A stretch of DNA of 64,000 bases, from IMG/VR virus record IMGVR_UViG_3300027734_000042. One strand, 5' to 3'. The position numbers and the translations under genes are program-made. The notes beneath the pieces were generated by a model. The model searched no databases and was not told where the DNA came from. It saw only the letters and a program-made list of their open reading frames with translations. Origin of the DNA: a virus. Of the stretch, positions 17,974-27,229 are shown piece after piece (position 1 is the stretch's first letter; every line of letters starts with the position of its first letter).

Positions 17974-18234
17974 ATGGACATTTCTAAAGGGTTTAAACTG
18001 GTTTTAAATAAAAGCAAAGGTAAATCATCTATAGAGATATCCAGGCATGATAGTCCAGCGATGGATAATATATTGATTGTTAATAGTATAGGAAGTACAA
18101 GATACGAAGACACATGGATTATAGAAAAAGATTTACCTTCTTGGATTACTTCACTAAAAAACGAGGGATTTACTGAAATAAAAATTACAGAAGATGTGGA
18201 ATCTCCTAAAAAAAATAACAAGAAAAAAAAATAA
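17974..18234 (+). CDS. hypothetical protein
   Basis: 86-aa ORF, basic C-terminus. Confidence 0.65.
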   Translation: MDISKGFKLVLNKSKGKSSIEISRHDSPAMDNILIVNSIGSTRYEDTWIIEKDLPSWITSLKNEGFTEIKITEDVESPKKNNKKKK

Positions 18235-18235
18235 G

Positions 18236-18826
18236 ATGGAAAACGTAGAAGAAATCGATATAGAGATTCTAGATAAGGAATTATCCCCTTTCCTTTATAA
18301 ATGGACTAAGGGAGATAACGACGGACAAGTTTGTGAATATGAAAATTTATTTAAAGATCCAACAAGTGGTATCATATGGATAAATTTTAAAGGTGGTAGT
18401 AGAATAAACTACGACCTAATGAACGATTATATGCTACAGGTTGATCCTTCGTCTATCGTTAATCAATTGCCTTCTCATTTGGATAATATCCAACAAAGCT
18501 CTCCTGTTAGAAATGTTATGGTTTCTGATAATCAGCCAAAAAATAAAATGGCAGATAATCCTATAGTTTCTCTTTTACAAAAGCAAAAACCGAATTGGGT
18601 AGAGGTGAGCATAAACTTAAAATTGAATTTACCAACAAAGAATCTTTATAATGTTTTATCCTCATCATTTGATGATGCAGAAGATGAAATAATAGAATTT
18701 GTAGTTAGGGATCTAGACATTGAAGTAATCAAGGACAGTTTGAGAATAAATATAAAAGATATATATAAAGGAAATGGAGCTCAACGAAAAAGTGGAACAA
18801 ACAGTAATACAAAAGACGAAGAATAG
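18236..18826 (+). CDS. hypothetical protein
   Basis: ORF track 18194..18826; ATG 18236 in a TAAGATG junction is the likelier start. Confidence 0.7.
   Translation: MENVEEIDIEILDKELSPFLYKWTKGDNDGQVCEYENLFKDPTSGIIWINFKGGSRINYDLMNDYMLQVDPSSIVNQLPSHLDNIQQSSPVRNVMVSDNQPKNKMADNPIVSLLQKQKPNWVEVSINLKLNLPTKNLYNVLSSSFDDAEDEIIEFVVRDLDIEVIKDSLRINIKDIYKGNGAQRKSGTNSNTKDEE
18758..18768 (+). promoter_or_regulatory. putative late promoter GATATATATAA inside upstream CDS
   Basis: 5 nt before NUDIX ATG 18774. Confidence 0.45.
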
Positions 18827-19337
18827 AGAGGTAGTTGAACTTGATGGACATTTATTTGTTCGCCAAATCAATCCTGGTGTTATTATAATGCCCTATACTT
18901 TAAACGATAATGGTTATCCTGATAAAATAGGCATTATATCTGAGGTATTAGATCAAAGACCTGGTGGAATGGCTAAGACATTGATCACTGGATCTCAGGA
19001 TGATTCCGATGATAATATATTCCAAACTGCTGTTAGAGAACTTAAAGAGGAATCTGGATTTGACATTAGCGATTTAAAAAGATGGAAATTCTTAGGTAGC
19101 TTATTTACCTCAAAATTGGTAATGAACTCTAATCCTTGTTTTTCTGTAAATATCACATCAATGGTAGCAGAGGAAAAAACAACAGATGGTTCTAAGGACG
19201 AGAAAGACACTAAATTTGAATTAATAAGTGTTGACGAGGCTTTAGATCTTGACGATTCTTTAGTTAGTACATTATTTATTAAGACATTTAAAGATTTGTT
19301 TAACAAAAACCAAGAAGAAAATGAACCTTCCGAATAG
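18774..19337 (+). CDS. NUDIX hydrolase
   Basis: Nudix box variant GSQDDSDDNIFQTAVRELKEESG. Confidence 0.8.
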   Translation: MELNEKVEQTVIQKTKNREVVELDGHLFVRQINPGVIIMPYTLNDNGYPDKIGIISEVLDQRPGGMAKTLITGSQDDSDDNIFQTAVRELKEESGFDISDLKRWKFLGSLFTSKLVMNSNPCFSVNITSMVAEEKTTDGSKDEKDTKFELISVDEALDLDDSLVSTLFIKTFKDLFNKNQEENEPSE

Positions 19338-19494
19338 AAAAGAAAGAAGAAAAATTGCCAAAGAAATTGGAGTATTTGGTAAAAATAAATCCATGAACAC
19401 AGAAGAGGCTAAAGATAGAGCCAAGTCTATGGGTAATCTAATAAGACTTAGAAATCTAACTGAGCAGAGAAACAAAAATAAAGACCAAAAATAA
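19321..19494 (+). CDS. small basic protein (57 aa)
   Basis: Not in ORF track; MNLPNRKERRKIAKEIGVFGKNKSMNTEEAKDRAKSMGNLIRLRNLTEQRNKNKDQK fills the gap between neighbours exactly. Confidence 0.6.
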   Translation: MNLPNRKERRKIAKEIGVFGKNKSMNTEEAKDRAKSMGNLIRLRNLTEQRNKNKDQK

Positions 19495-19498
19495 TTTA

Positions 19499-19819
19499 GT
19501 GTATTTTCAATCTTTCATAGTTTCTAAAGTTGACAAGATTAAAAATATTAATCTAGAACAATATGACGTGTGCCATATAGATGTTAATTCGTGGTTTAAA
19601 AGTAACAGCTTAACTCCGGATAGCATGAATGAAGTACGTCAATATATATTTGAAGAGTGGCTTCATAAAAAAATGACAAGCTCTAAAAATAAAATTTCTA
19701 CGGGATGTAAATTAGTCATAATATATGACAGCCCTACTGATCCTTTTATCGATCTCCTAAAATTAAAAATATCAGAAATTTTCGAACACGAATTTTGTGA
19801 TATTGTTTTAGCTGACTAA
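19499..19819 (+). CDS. hypothetical protein
   Basis: 106-aa ORF with GTG start. Confidence 0.6.
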   Translation: MYFQSFIVSKVDKIKNINLEQYDVCHIDVNSWFKSNSLTPDSMNEVRQYIFEEWLHKKMTSSKNKISTGCKLVIIYDSPTDPFIDLLKLKISEIFEHEFCDIVLAD

Positions 19820-19829
19820 TAAAAGTAGA

Positions 19830-19840
19830 GGTATATAATA
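19830..19840 (+). promoter_or_regulatory. putative late promoter GGTATATAATA
   Basis: Immediately upstream of first tail/baseplate gene. Confidence 0.45.
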
Positions 19841-19841
19841 C

Positions 19842-21686
19842 ATGGGCACAACTGACGGTAATAATAATTCTGGTAACGCTTCTTCTGGGGGTACTACGGT
19901 AACCGACATACAAAGGTTTGCTACGAACATCTACTCTTTTCCTAGTGATAAGACGTTTGCTACGTATGAAGTAGGTGATTTACAGGCACTTCCGAAGAGT
20001 CTTTTTTATGATGCAGCAACTTCTGACGGTGTATATAGGGGTTTATTTGCCTATTATGTTTTAGGTAAAGGAGATGCGGGTGAGACTGTTAAATACCATC
20101 AATCGGAAACTACTAAGAATATCTCTAAGATAACTCCGATAGAGTCTAGGAATCCCACTGCAAAAATGATAATAGACGTAACGTCTAGAGTTACAAATAA
20201 GGTACCCGCATATCTAGATCCAGCAAGCCCTTATAGGGGACAATTATATAATGTTAAAGATTTCATATTTTGTAAGTATTATGGTATAATTCCTAACAAC
20301 AGGATGCTTACTTTAAGAAGATTTGCAAACCCAACACTAGATTCTCTTAGGGTTATACCTAACTCAAAAGCAGGGGATTTTATAGTTGGTGCTGATAAAA
20401 AGGTTAAGTTCGATATGGTAGACGTTCCTGATTTGGGAAGAATGCAGGATTTAACTGGAACCGAAAATACCACGCTACCAGTAGCTCAAGCAGTTACTTA
20501 CTTCGGGGGGGATACAGCTAATAGCTTATCCGCTATATTAGGTATATCTACTGGATTAAATTTTACAATGGGTACACAGGATCCAGTAAAAAACGAGCAA
20601 ACTGGGGACCCTGGTTTAATGAACTCACCGTATGGGGATTTGATAAAATCTTTTGTACAAAGCGGTACCTCTGGATTAGATGTGGACGGAATTGATAAAT
20701 TAGTAGGTACTTTACTATCTCCCGAAAAAAGTGAAAACAGACTGAAAAGAGCTTTACTAGACGAAGCAGTAAGTGGTGAAGGACCTTTATCTAAAAAGAT
20801 ATTCGTTAATGTTAATACAGTTAACCAGATGTATTACAGAACTCAAGGGTTCTCCGGTGGTACAGATGGATTTACTATAAATTTCGATTATACCCTCTCG
20901 TCTGTTGGCCAGGTTAATTCTAAGCTTCTTTTCTTGGATTTAATGACGAACTTATTTTCGATAGGAACTGATTACGGGCAATTTTTATCTCCTGAGCTTA
21001 GATTATCTCAAACTAATACTGGATTAGGATTCCCTGGCGGACCTGCTGGGTATGCTAAGTCTATTGTTGATCCGATACAATATTTAAGAGATACAGTTTC
21101 TAAGATGCTATCTAAATCTACTGTGGAAAGACAACTTGCTGCAGAGAAATCTGTATCTGAAGAAATGAACCAAATGGTTACTGAGATTAAAAATTTTGCA
21201 AACGACCCGGATAATAAGCCATTAGGAAAAGATTCTAAATTATATAGATCAATATCGGTTATGCTTAGTGATGCTTTTCTAAGGAAAGTTTACTATCAAC
21301 CTATTATGTTAAGCGGATATCCAGTAGGTGAGTGGCATTTAGTTGTGGGAAATCCATTGAATCCTATAGCAATGATAGGGAATCTAATATGCACTAATGT
21401 TAAAATAAACTTTAATGACGAATTAGGGCCGGATGATTTTCCTACAGAGATTAAAGCATCGTTTACCCTTGCACCAGGAAGACAAAGACACAGAGGTGAT
21501 TGGGAATCTATGTTTAACAGGGGTAACGGAAGATTATACTTAGGTCAATTAACAACCAGCGGAGAATCCACACAAGCTTGGATTAATACTAGCGGTGTCC
21601 AAGTTAATAGACTATCATCTTTAGATCAAGTGGTAACTCAAGGAAGTAGCACATTGACCGGAACAGAAACAAATAGAACTCAATAA
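19842..21686 (+). CDS. putative baseplate / tail-tube initiator-like structural protein
   Basis: 614 aa; C-terminal beta-rich WHLVVGNP...NLICTNVKINF...FPTEIKASFTL resembles tube-fold proteins; precedes the gp53-like gene. Confidence 0.5.
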   Translation: MGTTDGNNNSGNASSGGTTVTDIQRFATNIYSFPSDKTFATYEVGDLQALPKSLFYDAATSDGVYRGLFAYYVLGKGDAGETVKYHQSETTKNISKITPIESRNPTAKMIIDVTSRVTNKVPAYLDPASPYRGQLYNVKDFIFCKYYGIIPNNRMLTLRRFANPTLDSLRVIPNSKAGDFIVGADKKVKFDMVDVPDLGRMQDLTGTENTTLPVAQAVTYFGGDTANSLSAILGISTGLNFTMGTQDPVKNEQTGDPGLMNSPYGDLIKSFVQSGTSGLDVDGIDKLVGTLLSPEKSENRLKRALLDEAVSGEGPLSKKIFVNVNTVNQMYYRTQGFSGGTDGFTINFDYTLSSVGQVNSKLLFLDLMTNLFSIGTDYGQFLSPELRLSQTNTGLGFPGGPAGYAKSIVDPIQYLRDTVSKMLSKSTVERQLAAEKSVSEEMNQMVTEIKNFANDPDNKPLGKDSKLYRSISVMLSDAFLRKVYYQPIMLSGYPVGEWHLVVGNPLNPIAMIGNLICTNVKINFNDELGPDDFPTEIKASFTLAPGRQRHRGDWESMFNRGNGRLYLGQLTTSGESTQAWINTSGVQVNRLSSLDQVVTQGSSTLTGTETNRTQ

Positions 21687-21688
21687 TT

Positions 21689-22294
21689 ATGTTAGGAATT
21701 GATATTATAGAAGCTAAATCTTATAGGACTAATCCTAATACTGGTATTACATACCTGGATCTAGTTGCACCCTCTTGGGACACTAAACAAATTAGATATG
21801 ATCTTAGAAGTATTGCAATAGTAACTGATGAGACTGAAATGAGACCGGATCTTGTTTCTATATCGTATCAGTCTGATCATAGATATTTAGGATCGTTACT
21901 AAAACTAAATAATATATCGAATCCCCTTAGTGTTAAATCTGGTGAAATACTTGCGGTTCCTACGAATCAGATGCTAAAAGATCTTTTTACCAGCGGACAA
22001 ACAGCTACTAACCAAAGACAAAAAGCTAAATCATTCAGAAAAGAATTACAGGAGAAGATATCTCAAGTAAGTCAGGAAAGATTAAACTATCTAAATTCTA
22101 AGAATATATCCAATCTTGCAGAAACCCCTTTACCCCCTAATATGCTACAAGAGGGACAACAACAAATTTTAGTAGAGGGGGGAAGATTAATATTTGGTCC
22201 AGATATAGGTCAATGTAGAGCTAAAGTTAGAAAGAACGTTTCTGTTACTGATATTAAATCTAAGCTTGCTCAGAAAAACATTTTTAAAAGATAA
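21689..22294 (+). CDS. baseplate wedge protein, gp53/LysM-like
   Basis: MRPDLVS..Y......LLKLNNISNPLSVKSGEILAVP. Confidence 0.7.
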   Translation: MLGIDIIEAKSYRTNPNTGITYLDLVAPSWDTKQIRYDLRSIAIVTDETEMRPDLVSISYQSDHRYLGSLLKLNNISNPLSVKSGEILAVPTNQMLKDLFTSGQTATNQRQKAKSFRKELQEKISQVSQERLNYLNSKNISNLAETPLPPNMLQEGQQQILVEGGRLIFGPDIGQCRAKVRKNVSVTDIKSKLAQKNIFKR

Positions 22295-22297
22295 TAA

Positions 22298-23914
22298 ATG
22301 GCTGTAGAATTCAATTTAAGAAAATCTATATTACAATATAGAAATCCTGACATAGTACTGGACGAACTAGCTGTTGCTGATACTTCAAGCCAAGAAGGTG
22401 ACAAGAACTTAAATGATCAAAAAGGTAACAACGTACAGAAGAAGTATTTTGGTATGGCTGAGCCACTTATCAGAATCAATAATTTAGTAGTTACTGGATT
22501 AACGTATTTTAAATTAGATCTTACTGGATTTTTACCTAAGATAATATTTAGATTCCAAACTGTTGACGAAAGATTTTTATTTACATCTTTTCCTAAGGAC
22601 GGCGATATAGTTTCTATCTATATTAGGCCTTTTGGTGAACTATTTAAGCCTATTAGAATGGACTTTAATATTACTGAGGTTCTTTCACCTTTTAATAATG
22701 GTCCTTACGTTGATTATACTCCTTCTACCGGTAAGATACAAAATTATACTATAATGGGGGAAGTAAAAATACCCAAGTTATACAAGGATATATGTAAAGT
22801 TTTTAAAGGTAATAGTGCAGATGCTTTAATAAAAATAGCAGAGGACCTTGGTCTAGGCTATGCTTCAAACGAAGCTAAGACTTCAGATTCTATGAATTGG
22901 CTATCGCCTAATGTTGATTACAACACATTAATCAAACAGATAGTTAACGGTGCTTGGCTTGGCGAGGAGGATTACTTTGATTGTTGGGTTGATCAATATT
23001 ACAATATAAATCTTGTTAATCTTAAAAAACAATTTGACGAGCAAAACGGAACAATAGAAACCATGAGAATGGCTTATGGCGCAGAAGAGGGTGGGGATTT
23101 ACAACCAGGAGCAGAGACTATGGAAGTTGAGTTTCCTTTGTTATTAACTAATTCTACTGAATTTAGTAAGTCTCCTTTATTTATAAAAGATCTAGCATTG
23201 GAACAAAATGCTGGTAGGATTAATAACGATTTAGGATATTTTCAAAAGATACAATTTTATGATGATAAATTAAAATCAGATAAGCCTAAAAACAAATTTG
23301 TAGAGTATAATTTAGAATCTGTAACTAATAAGGATTTAGGATCAAGAGATACAATCAATAAAGGAAGATTAGGAGAGGATATTTACAAAGAGGAAGTAAA
23401 GAAAACGTACGTTGGTACTTTGTATTTCGAAAACGTACATGAAAACTTCCAACAAGCTTCGATCCAGAATATATTAAATAGAAACGATAGCTATAAGATG
23501 CTGTTAAAAGTTAAAAATAAAGCATGGACTCCATTCTTATATAGAGGACAGACTTTTCCTGTTATCATTATGAATGAAGGAAGTACTACTGCATCGGGTG
23601 ATTCTAAATATACTCCTGCTTCGGGTGAAAAAACATCTATTGCTCCTCCTGCAGACAAAAGAGTACCTAACGCTTTTCTTTGTGGAAATTATGTTGTATT
23701 AGGATTTACAATAGAATATACTAATAGTGAAGGAATGTATCAGACTATGCTTTTAGGTAAAAAACAATGGGCTCTTAATCCTGGATTGGCTTCAGATCCA
23801 AGGACTTTAGATTCTAAAGTTGAAGACGCAGGATTTAACGATCTTGTTGGGAATGCCTCAACTATTTTACAACAAGAAGTTGGAAGAATAAAGAGTGACA
23901 TATTCTCGAAATAA
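22298..23914 (+). CDS. putative baseplate hub protein (gp27/gpD-like)
   Basis: 538 aa; LIKIAEDLGLGYASN, WVDQYYN, C-terminal LCGNYVV...Y....G.YQT; lies between gp53-like and gp5-like genes. Confidence 0.55.
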   Translation: MAVEFNLRKSILQYRNPDIVLDELAVADTSSQEGDKNLNDQKGNNVQKKYFGMAEPLIRINNLVVTGLTYFKLDLTGFLPKIIFRFQTVDERFLFTSFPKDGDIVSIYIRPFGELFKPIRMDFNITEVLSPFNNGPYVDYTPSTGKIQNYTIMGEVKIPKLYKDICKVFKGNSADALIKIAEDLGLGYASNEAKTSDSMNWLSPNVDYNTLIKQIVNGAWLGEEDYFDCWVDQYYNINLVNLKKQFDEQNGTIETMRMAYGAEEGGDLQPGAETMEVEFPLLLTNSTEFSKSPLFIKDLALEQNAGRINNDLGYFQKIQFYDDKLKSDKPKNKFVEYNLESVTNKDLGSRDTINKGRLGEDIYKEEVKKTYVGTLYFENVHENFQQASIQNILNRNDSYKMLLKVKNKAWTPFLYRGQTFPVIIMNEGSTTASGDSKYTPASGEKTSIAPPADKRVPNAFLCGNYVVLGFTIEYTNSEGMYQTMLLGKKQWALNPGLASDPRTLDSKVEDAGFNDLVGNASTILQQEVGRIKSDIFSK

Positions 23915-23923
23915 TTTTAAGAA

Positions 23924-26317
23924 ATGGCAGATTTTATATCAGACTTTGGATCAGGATTAAAAGAAAATGTTCTTCCTAATGGAGATGCGCTAAACAGAAA
24001 AATAGATTCTCAGAGAGAGAAATTCTTAAAAGGAATTTCGAGTACAAAGCACGGTAAAAAAGAAGACCCAACCTATTTACATTTTAAATTTATTTTCGAT
24101 CTAGGAAATACATCTTTAATAGATCAGGAAACATTTTTAGCTCCTTCCCCTTTATTTAGACCCTTTAAGCCTACTGCTACAGATCTATCTGCAGAAGCTA
24201 ATGAGATAGGAAACTTTAGGGCTTCTCAAAAAAATAGTATTGATCCTACTAAACAAGGAGCTCCAGATCAGATAGCAAAAATAGATCAACTTGCAAGTGT
24301 AGGTGACAGCGGATTTAAATCCGACATTGATTTTTTCTATGGATCTAAATTTAAAATCGACGAGAGATATCACCACGGTGCATTTAATATAAACGGGGGT
24401 GGTGTTGCTTACATGGGAGCACAAGAGTTTTTAGCTCAGAGGTCTTTAAAGAGACAACAAATGCTTGACGCTTTTAGAAATGGCCTAAACTTTATTAATA
24501 CTGAATGCCCTTATTATTTCCAGAGTGTATCAGGACTGGATCAATTACTTAAAACTGATATTAAAAACTTCCATAAAGCAGCAGGAAAACCAATGAGAGC
24601 TGGTACTCTAAATATAGAATGTATGGAATCTATAGATATGAGGATTTTCTCTCTTTCCGAACTTTATAGAAAAGCAGTTTATGATTATACTTATCATAGA
24701 ATAATGCTTCCTGAGAATTTAAGAAAGTTTAGAATGTGGATGGTAGTAACGGAGGTTAGAAATATACAACTTAGCTACGGGATAAATGATATACTTAATC
24801 CTTTTTCTATCCCTTCTGTTGCTCAAGCAGCTAACTTCTTAGACAGTTTTAATTCACAAACGGGATTATTAAATAACACGCAGGGATTATTACAAAAAAG
24901 TACAAATACTGATAGTCCTTATAATGATAAGTTCGGTTCATATACAATGGGACCTTATGCTTTTGTTTATCAATTCGATCAATGTGAATTTGATTTTGAT
25001 GATTCATTTCCTTCTTATAGTTCTATTGATAACAAAGGAGGACAAGCAGTAACTAACAAATTTAAGATACATGTAGGAAGAGTTAAAGATTACAAGATAC
25101 AATTCAACCAGCTTTCTGATGTTATCAAGAAAAATGATAATATCCAACAAATGGTTCTTTCTGACGTATGGGGATCAGCAACTAATGACTATAATAATTA
25201 TGACTATGTTGGGTCTACTGGTATTTCATCTGTAGATTTATCTAGTACAGCAAATCCAGGACAGGCATTTGCACAAATGGCTTCTAACTTTATAAACAAT
25301 ACTGTAGCGGATCTTAAGAATCAAGGTGTTGCTATACTGGAGGGTGCTTTGTTAGGAAACATATATGGACTTGGTGGATTAAATGTTGGTGCAGCTACTA
25401 GAAACGTACAATCGTTAGTTAATACATTGAAAAATGGAATACCAAATCCCTTCGATGATAATACGCCACAGGGACAAGGATTAGGAGGACCTGGAGAAAG
25501 ACAATACCCAACTCTTAATGAGGATGTCTATCCTGGATCATCCACTGGAGTTAATGGAAGTTTAGGAAACACATTAACTAACCCTCCTGCATCATCTAAC
25601 AGCTTAAACGAAGACTCATATCCTAATAACCCAGGAACAGATTTAGGTGCTCCTGATAGACAATATCCTACTGTATCTACTGATGAATATATTAATAATC
25701 CAGGATCAGATTTAGGTGTACCTGGAAGAGTTTATCCTACTATAGATCTTGACATTTATCAGAATAATCCAGGAACAGATCTTGGTGTTCCTGATAGACA
25801 ATATCCTGTTATCTCTGACGATGCTTACGGAAACGTACCAGGAGCAGATTTAGGAGTTCCTTCGAGAGTTTATCCTGATTTAAATTTAGATGTTTATCCT
25901 ACTAACCCAGGATCTGACTTAGGTGTACCTGATCGAGTTTATCCTACCAATTCTGATGATGAATTTAAAAATGTACCGGGATCGGACCTAGGAGTTATAG
26001 GAAGAGTGTATGAGGTTCCTGGAGGTGATGTCTATCCTACTAATCCTGGATCAGATCTAGGATTACCAACTAGAGAATATAAACCAGCAGAGGGTGATGA
26101 ATACAAAAATGTACCCGGATCTGACTTAGGCGGTATTGGTAGAATATACGAAAATGTAAATGAAGACTTATATAGCAAAGTACCTGGGAGTGATTTAGGT
26201 GGAAACGAAAGAAATTATCCAAATGTAAAAGGAAGAGAATACACAGAATCAAGACCTCCTTTGGAGAATAATTTAGGAAGGATATATCCTACAACAAATG
26301 GTAATGAAAACTCTTAA
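23924..26317 (+). CDS. structural protein: tube-fold-like N-terminal half plus C-terminal 23-aa tandem repeats
   Basis: YYFQSVSGL, LNIECMESIDMRI, LPENLRKF; repeats PGxDLG. Confidence 0.6.
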   Translation: MADFISDFGSGLKENVLPNGDALNRKIDSQREKFLKGISSTKHGKKEDPTYLHFKFIFDLGNTSLIDQETFLAPSPLFRPFKPTATDLSAEANEIGNFRASQKNSIDPTKQGAPDQIAKIDQLASVGDSGFKSDIDFFYGSKFKIDERYHHGAFNINGGGVAYMGAQEFLAQRSLKRQQMLDAFRNGLNFINTECPYYFQSVSGLDQLLKTDIKNFHKAAGKPMRAGTLNIECMESIDMRIFSLSELYRKAVYDYTYHRIMLPENLRKFRMWMVVTEVRNIQLSYGINDILNPFSIPSVAQAANFLDSFNSQTGLLNNTQGLLQKSTNTDSPYNDKFGSYTMGPYAFVYQFDQCEFDFDDSFPSYSSIDNKGGQAVTNKFKIHVGRVKDYKIQFNQLSDVIKKNDNIQQMVLSDVWGSATNDYNNYDYVGSTGISSVDLSSTANPGQAFAQMASNFINNTVADLKNQGVAILEGALLGNIYGLGGLNVGAATRNVQSLVNTLKNGIPNPFDDNTPQGQGLGGPGERQYPTLNEDVYPGSSTGVNGSLGNTLTNPPASSNSLNEDSYPNNPGTDLGAPDRQYPTVSTDEYINNPGSDLGVPGRVYPTIDLDIYQNNPGTDLGVPDRQYPVISDDAYGNVPGADLGVPSRVYPDLNLDVYPTNPGSDLGVPDRVYPTNSDDEFKNVPGSDLGVIGRVYEVPGGDVYPTNPGSDLGLPTREYKPAEGDEYKNVPGSDLGGIGRIYENVNEDLYSKVPGSDLGGNERNYPNVKGREYTESRPPLENNLGRIYPTTNGNENS
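25613..26233 (+). repeat. nine 69-bp (23-aa) degenerate tandem repeats DxYxxxPGxDLGxxxRxY
   Basis: Units from DSYPNNPGTDLGAPDRQYPTVST to DLYSKVPGSDLGGNERNYPNVKG at exact 23-aa periodicity. Confidence 0.9.
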
Positions 26318-26339
26318 TAATTAAATAGTATAATCTTAA

Positions 26340-27227
26340 ATGGGATTAGTAAATAGAGATAAACTAGAAAGACCTAATATTGAGATTTCTCATTATTTAG
26401 GTGTTGTGATTGATAATAAAGACCCTGAATTCAGAGGAAGGGCTAAGATTAGAGTGTTTGGTATTTTTGATGAGATTGCTGATACGGATCTACCTTGGTC
26501 ACATCAAAGGTTTGAACAAAGCTACGGATTAAACGGAGGCTCTGGGAGAATGTCAGTTCCTAAATTAGGATCAGTTGTTCATGTACAGTTCAATAATGGT
26601 AATTTCTACAGTCCTGAATATAAAGCTGTACAGGAATTATCTCCCGATTTAATAGACGAAATCAGAGCAAGCTACGACGGTGCTCATTCCGTAATTTATG
26701 ATGGTATAGAAAGACTGAAGATGTATTACACGGTAGAGAAAGGAATGGTAATAGATCTTAAGGATTCTAAAATAATAATAAGGAATGACAATTCCATATT
26801 GATAACCCATGCAGACGATACTTCTTCTATCGAGTTGAAAGGAGGAAAGATAACAAAATATGCGGATCAAGAAATAGAAAATACTGCAGTTACAAGAATC
26901 AAACATTCATCGGAGGAAGTTTGGATGGATGGTAAAACAACAAATCTTGGACACTCCCCAGTTTTTTCTGCTGTTTGTGCGGAGCCTTTATGGGACTTTC
27001 TTAAAAAATTAGCAATATCTGTAGACAGTAAAATGCCAGCCAGTCCGGGAGTTAATTCAACCTTAGCATCTAGTTTCGAACAGTTAGCTACTAGCCAAAC
27101 TGTAAGAGTTACTAGAGAAAATAGTCCGGACCTTCCTGCAGTACCTGCACAAAATAATTTCCCTGTTTCTTTACCTGCTACTGGAGCTACTGGTACAACC
27201 GGAGCTGCTGGAACAACTGGAGGATAA
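26340..27227 (+). CDS. baseplate central spike, gp5/VgrG N-terminal OB domain
   Basis: YLGVVIDNKDPEFRGRAKIRVFG...LPW...SVPKLGSVVHVQF..GNFYSPEY. Confidence 0.85.
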   Translation: MGLVNRDKLERPNIEISHYLGVVIDNKDPEFRGRAKIRVFGIFDEIADTDLPWSHQRFEQSYGLNGGSGRMSVPKLGSVVHVQFNNGNFYSPEYKAVQELSPDLIDEIRASYDGAHSVIYDGIERLKMYYTVEKGMVIDLKDSKIIIRNDNSILITHADDTSSIELKGGKITKYADQEIENTAVTRIKHSSEEVWMDGKTTNLGHSPVFSAVCAEPLWDFLKKLAISVDSKMPASPGVNSTLASSFEQLATSQTVRVTRENSPDLPAVPAQNNFPVSLPATGATGTTGAAGTTGG

Positions 27228-27229
27228 GA

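Noticed and set aside
18208-18231. A8 and A9 runs as a programmed frameshift or phase-variation site fusing 17974 and 18236 genes
   Set aside because: A-runs are common in this AT-rich sequence and the downstream gene has a normal TAAGATG start
25613-26233. 69-bp periodic repeats as a CRISPR array or non-coding repeat
   Set aside because: Conservation is at the amino-acid level with synonymous divergence; no invariant DNA repeat
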